A stretch of 64,000 nucleotides of DNA from the sequence record MW384823.1; one strand, given 5' to 3'. Below the pieces are notes generated by a model that searched no databases, was not told where the DNA came from, and was given only the letters and a program-made list of their open reading frames with translations. Below, piece after piece: positions 55,516 through 64,000 of the stretch (its first letter is position 1; every line of letters starts with the position of its first letter). The position numbers and the translations under genes are program-made.

Positions 55516-55980
55516 ATGAGGGTCATGCTAATTTGCTTATCGCTGTTGCTAACAGCGTGTAGCAGCTGGGCACCCGTCAAGACGACCACTGCAAATACCG
55601 AGTGGTCGGTTCGTGAACTTGGACCACCCCCTGTTTATCCACAAGGGGTAGTAAGTCTGGATGACCCGCGATACCGTTCGTGGGTGGCAGATGTTAATGC
55701 GTATGCGTACTACGTGTTCGTGTACGCCCGTAATCTTAATGATTACGCCAGAGTTCACGGGTGGCGGCCACCGCAGGTTGCGCCCATTTGTGAGAAGTTT
55801 GATTTGTGGGTGGTTCATCCCATTCCACAACGCATTACCTTGGACGAAAGTGCTCGCCGTCCTGAGGACATCTCACGCGATTTGGCAACGCAGCTCAAGC
55901 GCATCCTACTGAACTACCGTGAAGATCGTAAGTCTTTCCAAAAAGCATACGAAGCCCACCTTAGCACATGCCTTAACTAA
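55516..55980 (+). CDS. lipoprotein, putative outer-membrane spanin (Rz1-like)
   Basis: MRVMLICLSLLLTA-C lipobox; Pro-rich segment after the Cys. Confidence 0.55.
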   Translation: MRVMLICLSLLLTACSSWAPVKTTTANTEWSVRELGPPPVYPQGVVSLDDPRYRSWVADVNAYAYYVFVYARNLNDYARVHGWRPPQVAPICEKFDLWVVHPIPQRITLDESARRPEDISRDLATQLKRILLNYREDRKSFQKAYEAHLSTCLN

Positions 55981-55983
55981 ACA

Positions 55984-56023
55984 CGACACCTATTCCTTCG
56001 GGGGTAGGTGTCGCTTTATTTTT
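55984..56023 (+). terminator. intrinsic terminator
   Basis: CGACACCTATTCC-ttcg-GGGTAGGTGTCG plus T-rich tail. Confidence 0.75.
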
Positions 56024-56067
56024 ACACAACCAACCCATCTAATGTATACCCACAGGAGAGTTTAATC

Positions 56068-56823
56068 ATGACCGAAGTCGCCCCAACTAAACGCACACCG
56101 AATATCTTCGATGCGCCCGACATCCATATCCCAACTATCGTCATCGGTATTGACGTCGAGACCAAGTCAACCCGCGCTGATGCGTATCCGGTTGCTATCG
56201 GCGCAGGGGCATGGGACATCGCCACGATGCGTCTGATTGCAACCCACTACCAGACCATCGACCCAAACGATGAAAAGGCAAAGGCCATCTTCCACGAAGA
56301 CCCGTACACGATGGCGTGGTGGCGTGGGGAAGGGGACAACCCCGACTATGCACCGTCGCGTGAAGCTTACGCCGAAGCGTTCTCTGGCACCATGGCAATG
56401 CCAGAAGCCTTGTGGGGAATGTACAACTTCCTTGAGAAGTTCAAATCTCATAAGGTTGCACTGACTATGCGTGGCCCAGAATTCGACCAACCGATTCTGA
56501 TGAACGCTTTTGCCCAGTGTGATGTTCCAACCAGCCTCCTGAAACGTTTCTCGATGCTGGATTCTGACCGGACGGCGGAGCGTATTATGTACGCGTTTAA
56601 CCTGACGCCGGACTACCGCGCGGAGTCACACAACTGGACACGCGGCAAAGACGCCTATTTACACCACGCCTGCTTTGATGCGGCGCGTGAAGGCTATGTT
56701 ACTGCCCGTATTTATCACTTAGCACTGATTGCACGTCTGCACGGCTTTGACCGTATGCTGGAAGCGCACAATCAACTGATGACCGGTGAATATACGGCGA
56801 TGGATTATCTGAGAGAGGAATAA
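56068..56823 (+). CDS. DEDDh 3'-5' exonuclease
   Basis: GIDVET (Exo I), RGPEFD (Exo II), HHACFDA (Exo III). Confidence 0.85.
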   Translation: MTEVAPTKRTPNIFDAPDIHIPTIVIGIDVETKSTRADAYPVAIGAGAWDIATMRLIATHYQTIDPNDEKAKAIFHEDPYTMAWWRGEGDNPDYAPSREAYAEAFSGTMAMPEALWGMYNFLEKFKSHKVALTMRGPEFDQPILMNAFAQCDVPTSLLKRFSMLDSDRTAERIMYAFNLTPDYRAESHNWTRGKDAYLHHACFDAAREGYVTARIYHLALIARLHGFDRMLEAHNQLMTGEYTAMDYLREE

Positions 56824-58343
56824 TGGACGTTAAAGAGTACGATCATGTCGTCGTCTATACGGACGGTAGTCGTGTAGGCCCTCCTAATGGTACGGGGGGC
56901 GGTATCCATGGATACGCTTTCAACACTGGGGTGTTAAATGAAAATACCCCGTACAGCCTGCCGGACGTAGAGGAGTGTGTCACGACCAACGGGTACAAAA
57001 AGTTCCCGAAGGACATTAAGAAGCCCACGGTGCCTGAAACAGTTGATTTCTTCGACTGTGTAATTCCCGTTCCGGCGGAATTCTGGTCGGACGTGGCAGA
57101 ACTGATGGCATTTATCAGTCTCTTTGAAAACTCACCTATCCTTGCCAAGAACTACACCGTCTATATCGATGCGTCTTACGTAGTCAATGCGTGGAACGAT
57201 TGGATGGACGGTTGGCGCAAACGTGGTTGGACGAAGGCAGACGGTACCCCAATTGCCAACGTGAATCTCATCAAGAAGATTGATGAAATTAAAACTCGCC
57301 TGCGTCAGGAAGGACGTTCTATCCGCGTGATCAAAATCAAAGGTCACGCTGGGTTCTACGGCAATGAGCGTGCGGACATGATGGCGCGTAAAGCTTCGTC
57401 GATGGTCGCTGCTGGTCAAGGGGTTGAGTATCGTCCGTTGTGGAGTGTTTCCGGCGAGCTGCCTCCAGAACCCGAAGCTGAGGTGATGGGCAGTGACGGC
57501 AGTTTACTCAACATGCCGAAAATCACCAACACGAAATTCTGCTATCCGTTGGTGAACGAAGAACACCCGACCATGTCCATTAACGGTGAAAGCTGGAAGT
57601 ACATGTTCGGTGGGAACCACGCAAAGAACAAGGAAGACATCGTGTTCATCGGCAAGATGATTCCCGATGCGCAGTTTGCGGTGTTCCTGAGTAAAGAGGG
57701 TTGGGATAACGTTTACCAGTTGGTCAATAAGCACAACGAGCTGGCGTGGGATAATGTCCCGCCGATGAAACGTTACGACCCGATTGCCATTGTGTACAAC
57801 ACGATGATTAAGCGCAAGAAGTTCCAAGATGCCGCCAAAGAAGGGTTGCCGGTTAACCTGATGAAATTCAGTGAAGATGGTAACCTGTGGTTGTACGAAG
57901 ACCTTGCGATTACCCGTGTCGTGCGCCCTGCGCTGCTCTCTTACCGTGCGTTGGAAATCCGTGATGAACTGGCTGCCTTTTTACGCGACGGCGTAGAAGA
58001 CCGCCCAAGCGTTGTGCTGAACGATATCACGCATCTGCTGTTTGATGAGAAAGACAAACCGGTGAAGACTTTTTACCGTAATGTCGACGTCAGCTTCAAC
58101 GTGAAGGTCAACTACCCCGAAAGCGACAAGCAGATTCCGATTATCCTGACCCGTAATATCGACATGCCGGATCGTACCGACATGAACCGTATCATGGAGC
58201 CGGGCGGTAAATGGTACGTGGCTTGTCGTCGTCCCCAGAAACGTTGCGTGGAGTTTGCTGTGGTCTATATTGGTAAGGAATACCATGGGCTGTGGTGTGG
58301 CTATTACGCCAACAAACGCATCTTGAAAGAAGAGGAAGTGTAA
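56823..58343 (+). CDS. RNase HI-domain protein with long C-terminal extension
   Basis: YTDGS, AEL.A, YIDASYV, W...GW, KIKGHAGFYGNERAD. Confidence 0.88.
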   Translation: MDVKEYDHVVVYTDGSRVGPPNGTGGGIHGYAFNTGVLNENTPYSLPDVEECVTTNGYKKFPKDIKKPTVPETVDFFDCVIPVPAEFWSDVAELMAFISLFENSPILAKNYTVYIDASYVVNAWNDWMDGWRKRGWTKADGTPIANVNLIKKIDEIKTRLRQEGRSIRVIKIKGHAGFYGNERADMMARKASSMVAAGQGVEYRPLWSVSGELPPEPEAEVMGSDGSLLNMPKITNTKFCYPLVNEEHPTMSINGESWKYMFGGNHAKNKEDIVFIGKMIPDAQFAVFLSKEGWDNVYQLVNKHNELAWDNVPPMKRYDPIAIVYNTMIKRKKFQDAAKEGLPVNLMKFSEDGNLWLYEDLAITRVVRPALLSYRALEIRDELAAFLRDGVEDRPSVVLNDITHLLFDEKDKPVKTFYRNVDVSFNVKVNYPESDKQIPIILTRNIDMPDRTDMNRIMEPGGKWYVACRRPQKRCVEFAVVYIGKEYHGLWCGYYANKRILKEEEV

Positions 58344-59098
58344 TGCAGAAGCTTTACAGTGAAACGCTCGTCATGCACACCACACGGTTGGTTGAAGCGA
58401 TGGCGGACTACGCCTATATGCTTTACGTCAAAGGACGGGCGGATTGCGGTATCGGCGATGCAATACCAAACTTCGACTGCGGAGAGGTTGGGAAGCAGGC
58501 CATGGCGGAAGTCGTGGCTGAACTTCTTCTCGATGCAATTATGGGGATTAACGCGGGCACCGGCTATAGCTATCGTACCGTGGTGAAGATGCCCGTTATT
58601 CACACGGAGAAATACCAGAACTGGCGAGACTCGGGCAACTGTGGGATGTTCACCATCCAAGAGATGTTTGACGCCCATTGTCGTGAGTTGCCATTGGGGC
58701 CGTTGATTGAGGGGGCGATTCGTTGGTATACCCGTGAGTTTGTCAACGAAGTGCATAGCATCATCAACAACGAATGGTATTGCGATCGGGAAAATGAACT
58801 TGTTATCTTCACAACCCGTGAAATGCTAGTTCGGCAAATACTGAACGGGACGGTGGTGTTAGCGTTGCTGTCACGGGAAGATTACGAATTTGCGGCCGAG
58901 GCAGATTGTCTTGCTGATATCCGCGATGAGGTTTTCCAATACCCGTATTCGTTCGTTACCCAAAATGACATGAAGGTATTACACGAACGGATTCCGTCCT
59001 TCATTCTCTCGCCGGAAGACCAAGACTCAGATGAAGACCCTGGGGTTGAACTCTTTGTCTTGAAGCCAGAAACGATTGATGGAATCAAAAAACTCTGA
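58343..59098 (+). CDS. hypothetical protein
   Basis: TAATG coupling to the RNase H stop. Confidence 0.7.
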   Translation: MQKLYSETLVMHTTRLVEAMADYAYMLYVKGRADCGIGDAIPNFDCGEVGKQAMAEVVAELLLDAIMGINAGTGYSYRTVVKMPVIHTEKYQNWRDSGNCGMFTIQEMFDAHCRELPLGPLIEGAIRWYTREFVNEVHSIINNEWYCDRENELVIFTTREMLVRQILNGTVVLALLSREDYEFAAEADCLADIRDEVFQYPYSFVTQNDMKVLHERIPSFILSPEDQDSDEDPGVELFVLKPETIDGIKKL

Positions 59099-59100
59099 GA

Positions 59101-59119
59101 TAGATATTATCTTGGTGAG
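59101..59119 (+). promoter_or_regulatory. candidate promoter variant
   Basis: TAGATATTATCTTGGTGAG aligns with the TATATTAC-N5-TGAG early motif. Confidence 0.45.
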
Positions 59120-59140
59120 TAGTCTATAAGGAGTATCAAC

Positions 59141-59875
59141 ATGCTTCGTGTCAACACCCCCGAACTCCTTCTCTTTAACCCCTCGCTTGTCGAGGGGTTG
59201 TTCGACAAGATGTGGGAGCGGTACTTTAGAGAGGAGATGAATTCTGACCCATGGTGGTATCGCTATCGGGGTGACTTCTTTCTTGACTCGTCGCAGATTA
59301 CGCTGGATGTGTTCAGCCGCTGTGTCGAGGAAGTGGTACAAGCTGCAAACTTGCGTCGTCCGCTGGACTTCAATTACGTCACGTTTGATTTTTCATGGTA
59401 CATGGACAATTACAACTACGAATGTGATTTGGGGATAGACGACCAAGAGAAGATTGAAAACAAAATGTTTGACTTCTTCCACTTCGTGATTAATCAACTG
59501 GTTTCGCAGGAGTTCTTAGATGCGGCAACGAAACGCTTGACACCCACATGGGAAGCCTTAACGGAACTCGTGGGCCAGCGTGGGATTGTGGGCTTCTGGT
59601 ACGAACCCTGTCAAGGCCAGATGAAGATGGACTCCGGACGTGACCACGTCTGGGCGGTACAGGAAGGGGATTACGACGCTGAGCTGTATGCTGAGTGGCA
59701 AGGTGCTCGTGCGGGCACACTCTTTTACCACGCCACCGTTGGCGATGGTAATGAGTTTTATTTATTTAATGGGTCGCTTATCCAAGACGGGCAATCACTT
59801 GACCATATCCCATACGGGGAAATGGTGACGCTGTGTCGCCTGACTGAAAAAGCACAAACTACAATTGACCTTTAA
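59141..59875 (+). CDS. hypothetical acidic protein
   Basis: 244 aa, AAGGAG SD. Confidence 0.75.
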   Translation: MLRVNTPELLLFNPSLVEGLFDKMWERYFREEMNSDPWWYRYRGDFFLDSSQITLDVFSRCVEEVVQAANLRRPLDFNYVTFDFSWYMDNYNYECDLGIDDQEKIENKMFDFFHFVINQLVSQEFLDAATKRLTPTWEALTELVGQRGIVGFWYEPCQGQMKMDSGRDHVWAVQEGDYDAELYAEWQGARAGTLFYHATVGDGNEFYLFNGSLIQDGQSLDHIPYGEMVTLCRLTEKAQTTIDL

Positions 59876-59887
59876 GGAGTATCTACC

Positions 59888-60256
59888 ATGAAACTTGATC
59901 AAGCTATCCAACAGTATGTTACCCAATTTAACCGTCACGGTCTGTTCCTGCTGCGCTTTACCAACGAAGCCCAGTTGTTGGAACACAACCCAAAAACGTT
60001 TGCTGTGGTGTATGAAAACGATAGCATCGGCGAGCCTGAGCGTGACACCCTGCGTAAGCTGCGCGAAGATGCTATCGTCGCCGAAGTCGTGCATGTTCAG
60101 TCTGTTATCTGTGCCGAAGGTTGGCCGGGGAAACTCGATACCGAAGCGGACGTGGTGTTAGAAGTCGTACAGGAAGGGGACACTCGCACTCTGGTGCCGG
60201 TGAAATGGCGTGCAGTCGATACCCTGCCTGAACCGATTGAGTTCACGGAGCTGTAA
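59888..60256 (+). CDS. hypothetical protein
   Basis: 122 aa, AAGGAG SD. Confidence 0.75.
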   Translation: MKLDQAIQQYVTQFNRHGLFLLRFTNEAQLLEHNPKTFAVVYENDSIGEPERDTLRKLREDAIVAEVVHVQSVICAEGWPGKLDTEADVVLEVVQEGDTRTLVPVKWRAVDTLPEPIEFTEL

Positions 60257-60258
60257 GT

Positions 60259-60996
60259 ATGGATATGCGTCCAGTCAGGCTATATCTCCTGACGGCGCTT
60301 CACGATCATTTGATGCGTCTCGGTGAGGCGCGTCATATCGCGAAGACAGCATACCTGATGATTGCGCGAGAAATCGCGCGGTCTGACTTGCGCTGCCGTC
60401 ACAAGTGGTTGTTAACGGACGTCTGCGAGCGTTTAAAGGCAAGCGTCTATTCGGACGGACTGACCCGTGCCCTTTCTTACGTCTGGGTCTACGATGATAT
60501 CCGGGGTGAATCCTTTATCGACAACAGTGCGCGTGTGGTTAAGTTAATCGAGCGGGTAACCAACGATTATTACGCCACCACGGGCGGTCTCACCACCGAA
60601 GTGAATATCCAAAGCACCATCTTGGATTCGCTTCGCGAAACGGCCAATCATCTCGACGCCCCCATTCTTTTTTCTACCGACTACGACCTGTTGCGTTTCC
60701 GCATCTGGTTTACCGGGGAAATGGACGATGTCGATATGCACGAGCTGTGGTGTCACGATGTGCACAGCATGGATGAATGGACAACCCTCCTTACCACCTA
60801 CCCGTCAGAGAAATATCTGTGGCGTCAAGATCACGAGCCGTTGATTCCGGAAAGACTGAATGATGAAGGTTACGACATCGAAGCGTTCTGGAAAAACATC
60901 TCGATTCTCAGTTTGGACAAGCTCTACGTGATGGCGAAGGAGCGTCTGTGTTCCGAGGATGACGACCGATGCGAACTGTACACAGCTATGCACTGA
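60259..60996 (+). CDS. hypothetical protein
   Basis: 245 aa, colinear. Confidence 0.7.
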   Translation: MDMRPVRLYLLTALHDHLMRLGEARHIAKTAYLMIAREIARSDLRCRHKWLLTDVCERLKASVYSDGLTRALSYVWVYDDIRGESFIDNSARVVKLIERVTNDYYATTGGLTTEVNIQSTILDSLRETANHLDAPILFSTDYDLLRFRIWFTGEMDDVDMHELWCHDVHSMDEWTTLLTTYPSEKYLWRQDHEPLIPERLNDEGYDIEAFWKNISILSLDKLYVMAKERLCSEDDDRCELYTAMH

Positions 60997-61385
60997 TGAT
61001 GTTTCAAGCGTGGTGGCCCAAACTCACGGACGGGATTATCGGCATTTCTGGGTGGGAATATGTGCTCGTGACCTCGTACCTGATTGAGTGTGCGAAAAAC
61101 GGGCTTATCCTGCCCAGTGAGCGCCGACAGGCGATACTGATGGAGAAACTCGATTCCATGTATCCTGCCGCAATGTTCCAACACCGCAAGCATTTGTTCC
61201 ATGCGGCGCTGGTTGAGTTGGGCGATGAACGCACCGCGATTATCGTGAAGAAAATACGCGATGAGATGGTTAATGTGTCACGCGAACTTAATCTGGTTTG
61301 GGTCGGTGTGACCTACACACCGTTAGATGTTGTTCGTTGTCGCTACCAAGTTAATTTCGCATCCAAGTCCAGAGGTGTTGCATGA
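60996..61385 (+). CDS. hypothetical protein
   Basis: TGATG coupling. Confidence 0.65.
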   Translation: MMFQAWWPKLTDGIIGISGWEYVLVTSYLIECAKNGLILPSERRQAILMEKLDSMYPAAMFQHRKHLFHAALVELGDERTAIIVKKIRDEMVNVSRELNLVWVGVTYTPLDVVRCRYQVNFASKSRGVA

Positions 61386-61921
61386 AAGTATTATTAGACT
61401 TCTCGTTATCAGAGTCACGGGCAAAGCTCGATGCGATTCTGCTGACGATGAAGAAGTCGTTGGAGTTCGAAGTCCACAACGCGCTGGCCGAATATGAGCG
61501 TTCGTTAAAAGTGGAAACGGGCGATGTCTACTGTCTGGTCGATGCCGAGGGGATTGTCAAAACCACGGTCGATTCGATGATTGATAAAGTCCGTAACGTT
61601 CTCAGTACCCCGCTGCCGGTGATGGTGGCGCACTGGGACGATGGGGCCGATGTGCTTGACCTGATTCGTGATGCCTTTGAAAAGGGTGCCGCGAACATGG
61701 AAAGTATGGCGCTAGGCGATGCGACCGAAGTGTACGTGACCGTCCCCATGAAAGAGGGCGGGAACAACTTCGAGATGGTGTCGCTGCACGAGGTGCTGAA
61801 CACGGCCAATTCGCAGGCGATTGATAAGATACTGGACGATGCGTGTGTGAAAGTGCGCGACGTCTGTATCAAAGAGATTGTCTATATTCAGGAAAAACTC
61901 TTGAAGGGAGCTACCTGGTGA
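61382..61921 (+). CDS. hypothetical acidic helical protein
   Basis: ATGA coupling; GAGG SD. Confidence 0.7.
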   Translation: MKVLLDFSLSESRAKLDAILLTMKKSLEFEVHNALAEYERSLKVETGDVYCLVDAEGIVKTTVDSMIDKVRNVLSTPLPVMVAHWDDGADVLDLIRDAFEKGAANMESMALGDATEVYVTVPMKEGGNNFEMVSLHEVLNTANSQAIDKILDDACVKVRDVCIKEIVYIQEKLLKGATW

Positions 61922-62520
61922 AACTCCACATTAACCTGACCCCCAGCAACTTTGAAAAGCACTGGCCGGAAATGATGATGCAAATCCGTGAGTCGATGGA
62001 TGCGTTCATGCATGAGTTTACCGGCTTGGCGGTAGAAGACAACAAACTTCTCACACTGCCACTCTGGTCGGTTTTGTTTGATCCGATATCGCGGTTGTCT
62101 AACTCCATGCTGACGTTTGAATTTGACAAGTCAGACATCGAAGATAAACGTATTGAGAAGAACATCGAGATTATCACCCTCGATACGAAACTCGACAGCG
62201 TGCTGGAAGACATTCGCGATGCGGTGAACTATGAGTTGAATGAGTTCAAGACGCACACCACTGCGAATGAAGCACTCAACGGATGGTTAAAAGAGATGTC
62301 TGACGAAACCCGTGGTAAGTTGCGGGATGAGTTGGTTGGGTTGGTTCATCGACACATCTCGACACTACTCGACATCCTGTTCGCACAATTGACAGCGGAA
62401 ATCATCGAAATCTCGTTCCGCTTTCGCCCGCGCCCTGTGATGGTTGCCACTGACGGCGGTAAGCAGATGGTTGGTCGAATCTCGGACATGATTCAGGATG
62501 TCCCTGACGAACCGGCTTAA
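61918..62520 (+). CDS. hypothetical acidic helical protein
   Basis: GTGA coupling; GGAG SD. Confidence 0.7.
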   Translation: MKLHINLTPSNFEKHWPEMMMQIRESMDAFMHEFTGLAVEDNKLLTLPLWSVLFDPISRLSNSMLTFEFDKSDIEDKRIEKNIEIITLDTKLDSVLEDIRDAVNYELNEFKTHTTANEALNGWLKEMSDETRGKLRDELVGLVHRHISTLLDILFAQLTAEIIEISFRFRPRPVMVATDGGKQMVGRISDMIQDVPDEPA

Positions 62521-62522
62521 CC

Positions 62523-63002
62523 ATGAACGTTTATTTCGATTACGACGATTCGCATATCCGGCAGTTGTGGGTGGATGCGTTTGATAGCATCCGTATCGAG
62601 TTACAAGAGTACCTGCGAAATCAGATGCGCGAGTGTTCGCATACGGAATCGGTTGTTCTGGCGCAAACGTTGCTACAACCCACCTATCTGGTGTTCTACA
62701 AGCAACATGACACTGTGTTTCGTACCATTGTCGAAAAGGATGATTTGGATTCGACAGAGTACACCTTTGAGATTGACGATGAAGCGTACCGGAAACTTAT
62801 CAATCAGTCCATCGAAGAGTCGGTTGCGGAAACGAAAAAGGCATGGAACGTCAGAACGTTACCGGTGTTATTCGACCGGGAAATCGTTTGCCGAAAAATC
62901 GAAGCCATCCTCTTTGAGCATCTGGATGAGTTTGTCATGGAGCTGATTGGGTACATGGAAGCCTTTGTCAATGAACTGATAGAGCAACGTCGAAATAAAT
63001 AA
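62523..63002 (+). CDS. hypothetical acidic helical protein
   Basis: 159 aa, colinear. Confidence 0.7.
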   Translation: MNVYFDYDDSHIRQLWVDAFDSIRIELQEYLRNQMRECSHTESVVLAQTLLQPTYLVFYKQHDTVFRTIVEKDDLDSTEYTFEIDDEAYRKLINQSIEESVAETKKAWNVRTLPVLFDREIVCRKIEAILFEHLDEFVMELIGYMEAFVNELIEQRRNK

Positions 63003-63045
63003 AAAGCCTACCTACTCCCGAAGGAGTAGGTAGCTTTATTTTTTT
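62997..63045. terminator. bidirectional intrinsic terminator
   Basis: CTACCTACTCC-cgaa-GGAGTAGGTAG with A and T flanks; near copy of the 52972 element. Confidence 0.85.
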
Positions 63046-63800
63046 TATTTTGAATTGGCCTTTAAGGCTTTCAGTCTATCCCCGGTCTGGCTTAATGCTT
63101 GAATCAGCTCGTTGTTCTGTTTCATGAACAGCCCGAACAGCTCAACCCAATCGGATGCCATATCCAGCATCTTGACGATTTCAGCCGCGCACTGTGGATG
63201 CACCGGCGTTTCGGCTAATTCATCGGTGCTGGCCCCAATGCTACCGATCAACTTATCAATGTTGCGCTTGAGCTTTTCGGTAATCTCTTTGCTCAGTGCT
63301 TTGCTGCGGTTGAACGCCACATCAATTTCACCGGCATTGTGGAAGACCTTTTCAATCGGACGTTGGTCGACCGATGTGGTGGTGTAAGACGCGGCCAATT
63401 TCTTGACGAGGTCTTTCGGGTCCACATTTTTGAGGGGATACTTCAAATCTTTGAAGCGGAACCCGACAGGAACAGTGAGCATTCCTTTGTCGTGGGTAAA
63501 CGCGGCCAGTTGGCGGTTTACCGGTTCCAGCACGCCATCAACCAAATTGTCCAATACCGACCATACCGACTCCAGACGCTGGATATGGTCAATCATGTAC
63601 ACGTTCAGGCCCGGCGGTACGGTGACAAGCATCCCGGAGAAATGCAGGAACTTCTCTTGCTGCATCCATTTGGACATTGCCGACATGTCATCGTAGTTTG
63701 CCGGTTTGATTTCTTGTTCGCTTCCGTTGAACATTTTAGGAAGCACAGCCGACACTTTCGAGGCAAAAGTAGAAAGCGCGGCAATCGGGTTCAGGTTCAT
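63045..63800 (-). CDS. hypothetical helical protein
   Basis: About 251 aa; GAGG SD favours ATG at 63800. Confidence 0.7.
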   Translation of the reverse strand: MNLNPIAALSTFASKVSAVLPKMFNGSEQEIKPANYDDMSAMSKWMQQEKFLHFSGMLVTVPPGLNVYMIDHIQRLESVWSVLDNLVDGVLEPVNRQLAAFTHDKGMLTVPVGFRFKDLKYPLKNVDPKDLVKKLAASYTTTSVDQRPIEKVFHNAGEIDVAFNRSKALSKEITEKLKRNIDKLIGSIGASTDELAETPVHPQCAAEIVKMLDMASDWVELFGLFMKQNNELIQALSQTGDRLKALKANSK

Positions 63801-63891
63801 TTTCACCTCGGTGGAAGGGTAGGCTACATACTAAGTCTTTTTACGGTTAAGCCCTGTGTTATGTAGACGACTAACCCCTGAGGAATTGAAG

Positions 63892-64000
63892 ATGCAAATC
63901 AAAATGTTTACGCGTGCCTTGTCCGCGAAATTCGAACCTGAAATCTATTTTACCCCCCTTCGTAAAGACAACGAAGGTAATCGCCTGATGGTTGGTCGCA
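63892..64000 (+). CDS. 5' fragment of a gene running off the window
   Basis: GAGG SD, MQIKMFTRALSAKFEP..., no stop before the window end. Confidence 0.55.
   Translation, partial: MQIKMFTRALSAKFEPEIYFTPLRKDNEGNRLMVGR

Noticed and set aside
10776-63863. TATG tetramers upstream of several structural genes as phiKZ-type late promoters
   Set aside because: A 4-mer occurs too often by chance to assign without transcription start data.
1-64000. tRNA, rRNA, integrase, transposase, intron or intein
   Set aside because: None recognised by eye. Intergenic gaps are short and mostly explained by terminators or promoters. tRNAscan/Infernal were not run.

Overview
This window is part of a large lytic phage genome that looks like a phiKZ-related jumbo phage, probably infecting Enterobacterales. 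The placement is inferred from dense colinear genes, phiKZ-type TATATTAC early-promoter motifs, an SbcC-like ATPase, an RNase H-domain protein and expanded paralogous virion-protein families; no marker gene was searched. Layout: (1) 58-11920, tail/virion proteins, including a three-gene A-B-C module repeated three times. (2) 11986-13428, a DUF1353 protein and a GH108 endolysin. (3) 13514-18843, a terminator-bounded minus-strand operon that looks like a RiPP-type peptide-modification system: three paralogous leader+Cys-every-3rd/4th-residue peptides, two radical SAM enzymes (one with a SPASM-type domain), two unknown proteins and a DUF4376-like protein. This is the best candidate for an undescribed system. 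(4) 18909-36076, four paralogous tail-fibre-like proteins (up to 1673 aa), a leaderless DUF1471-like protein and a gpV-like spike. (5) 36362-52971, mostly early/accessory genes: exported proteins, small membrane peptides, GNAT, a protein carrying the EF-Tu G1 motif, ART-like and macrodomain proteins, and an SLT transglycosylase. (6) 53016-64000, virion proteins, a putative spanin pair, a DEDDh exonuclease, RNase H and hypothetical proteins. No tRNA, rRNA, CRISPR array or integrase/transposase was seen. All family assignments come from motif reading by eye. Several starts were moved from the ORF track to the codon with a plausible SD.
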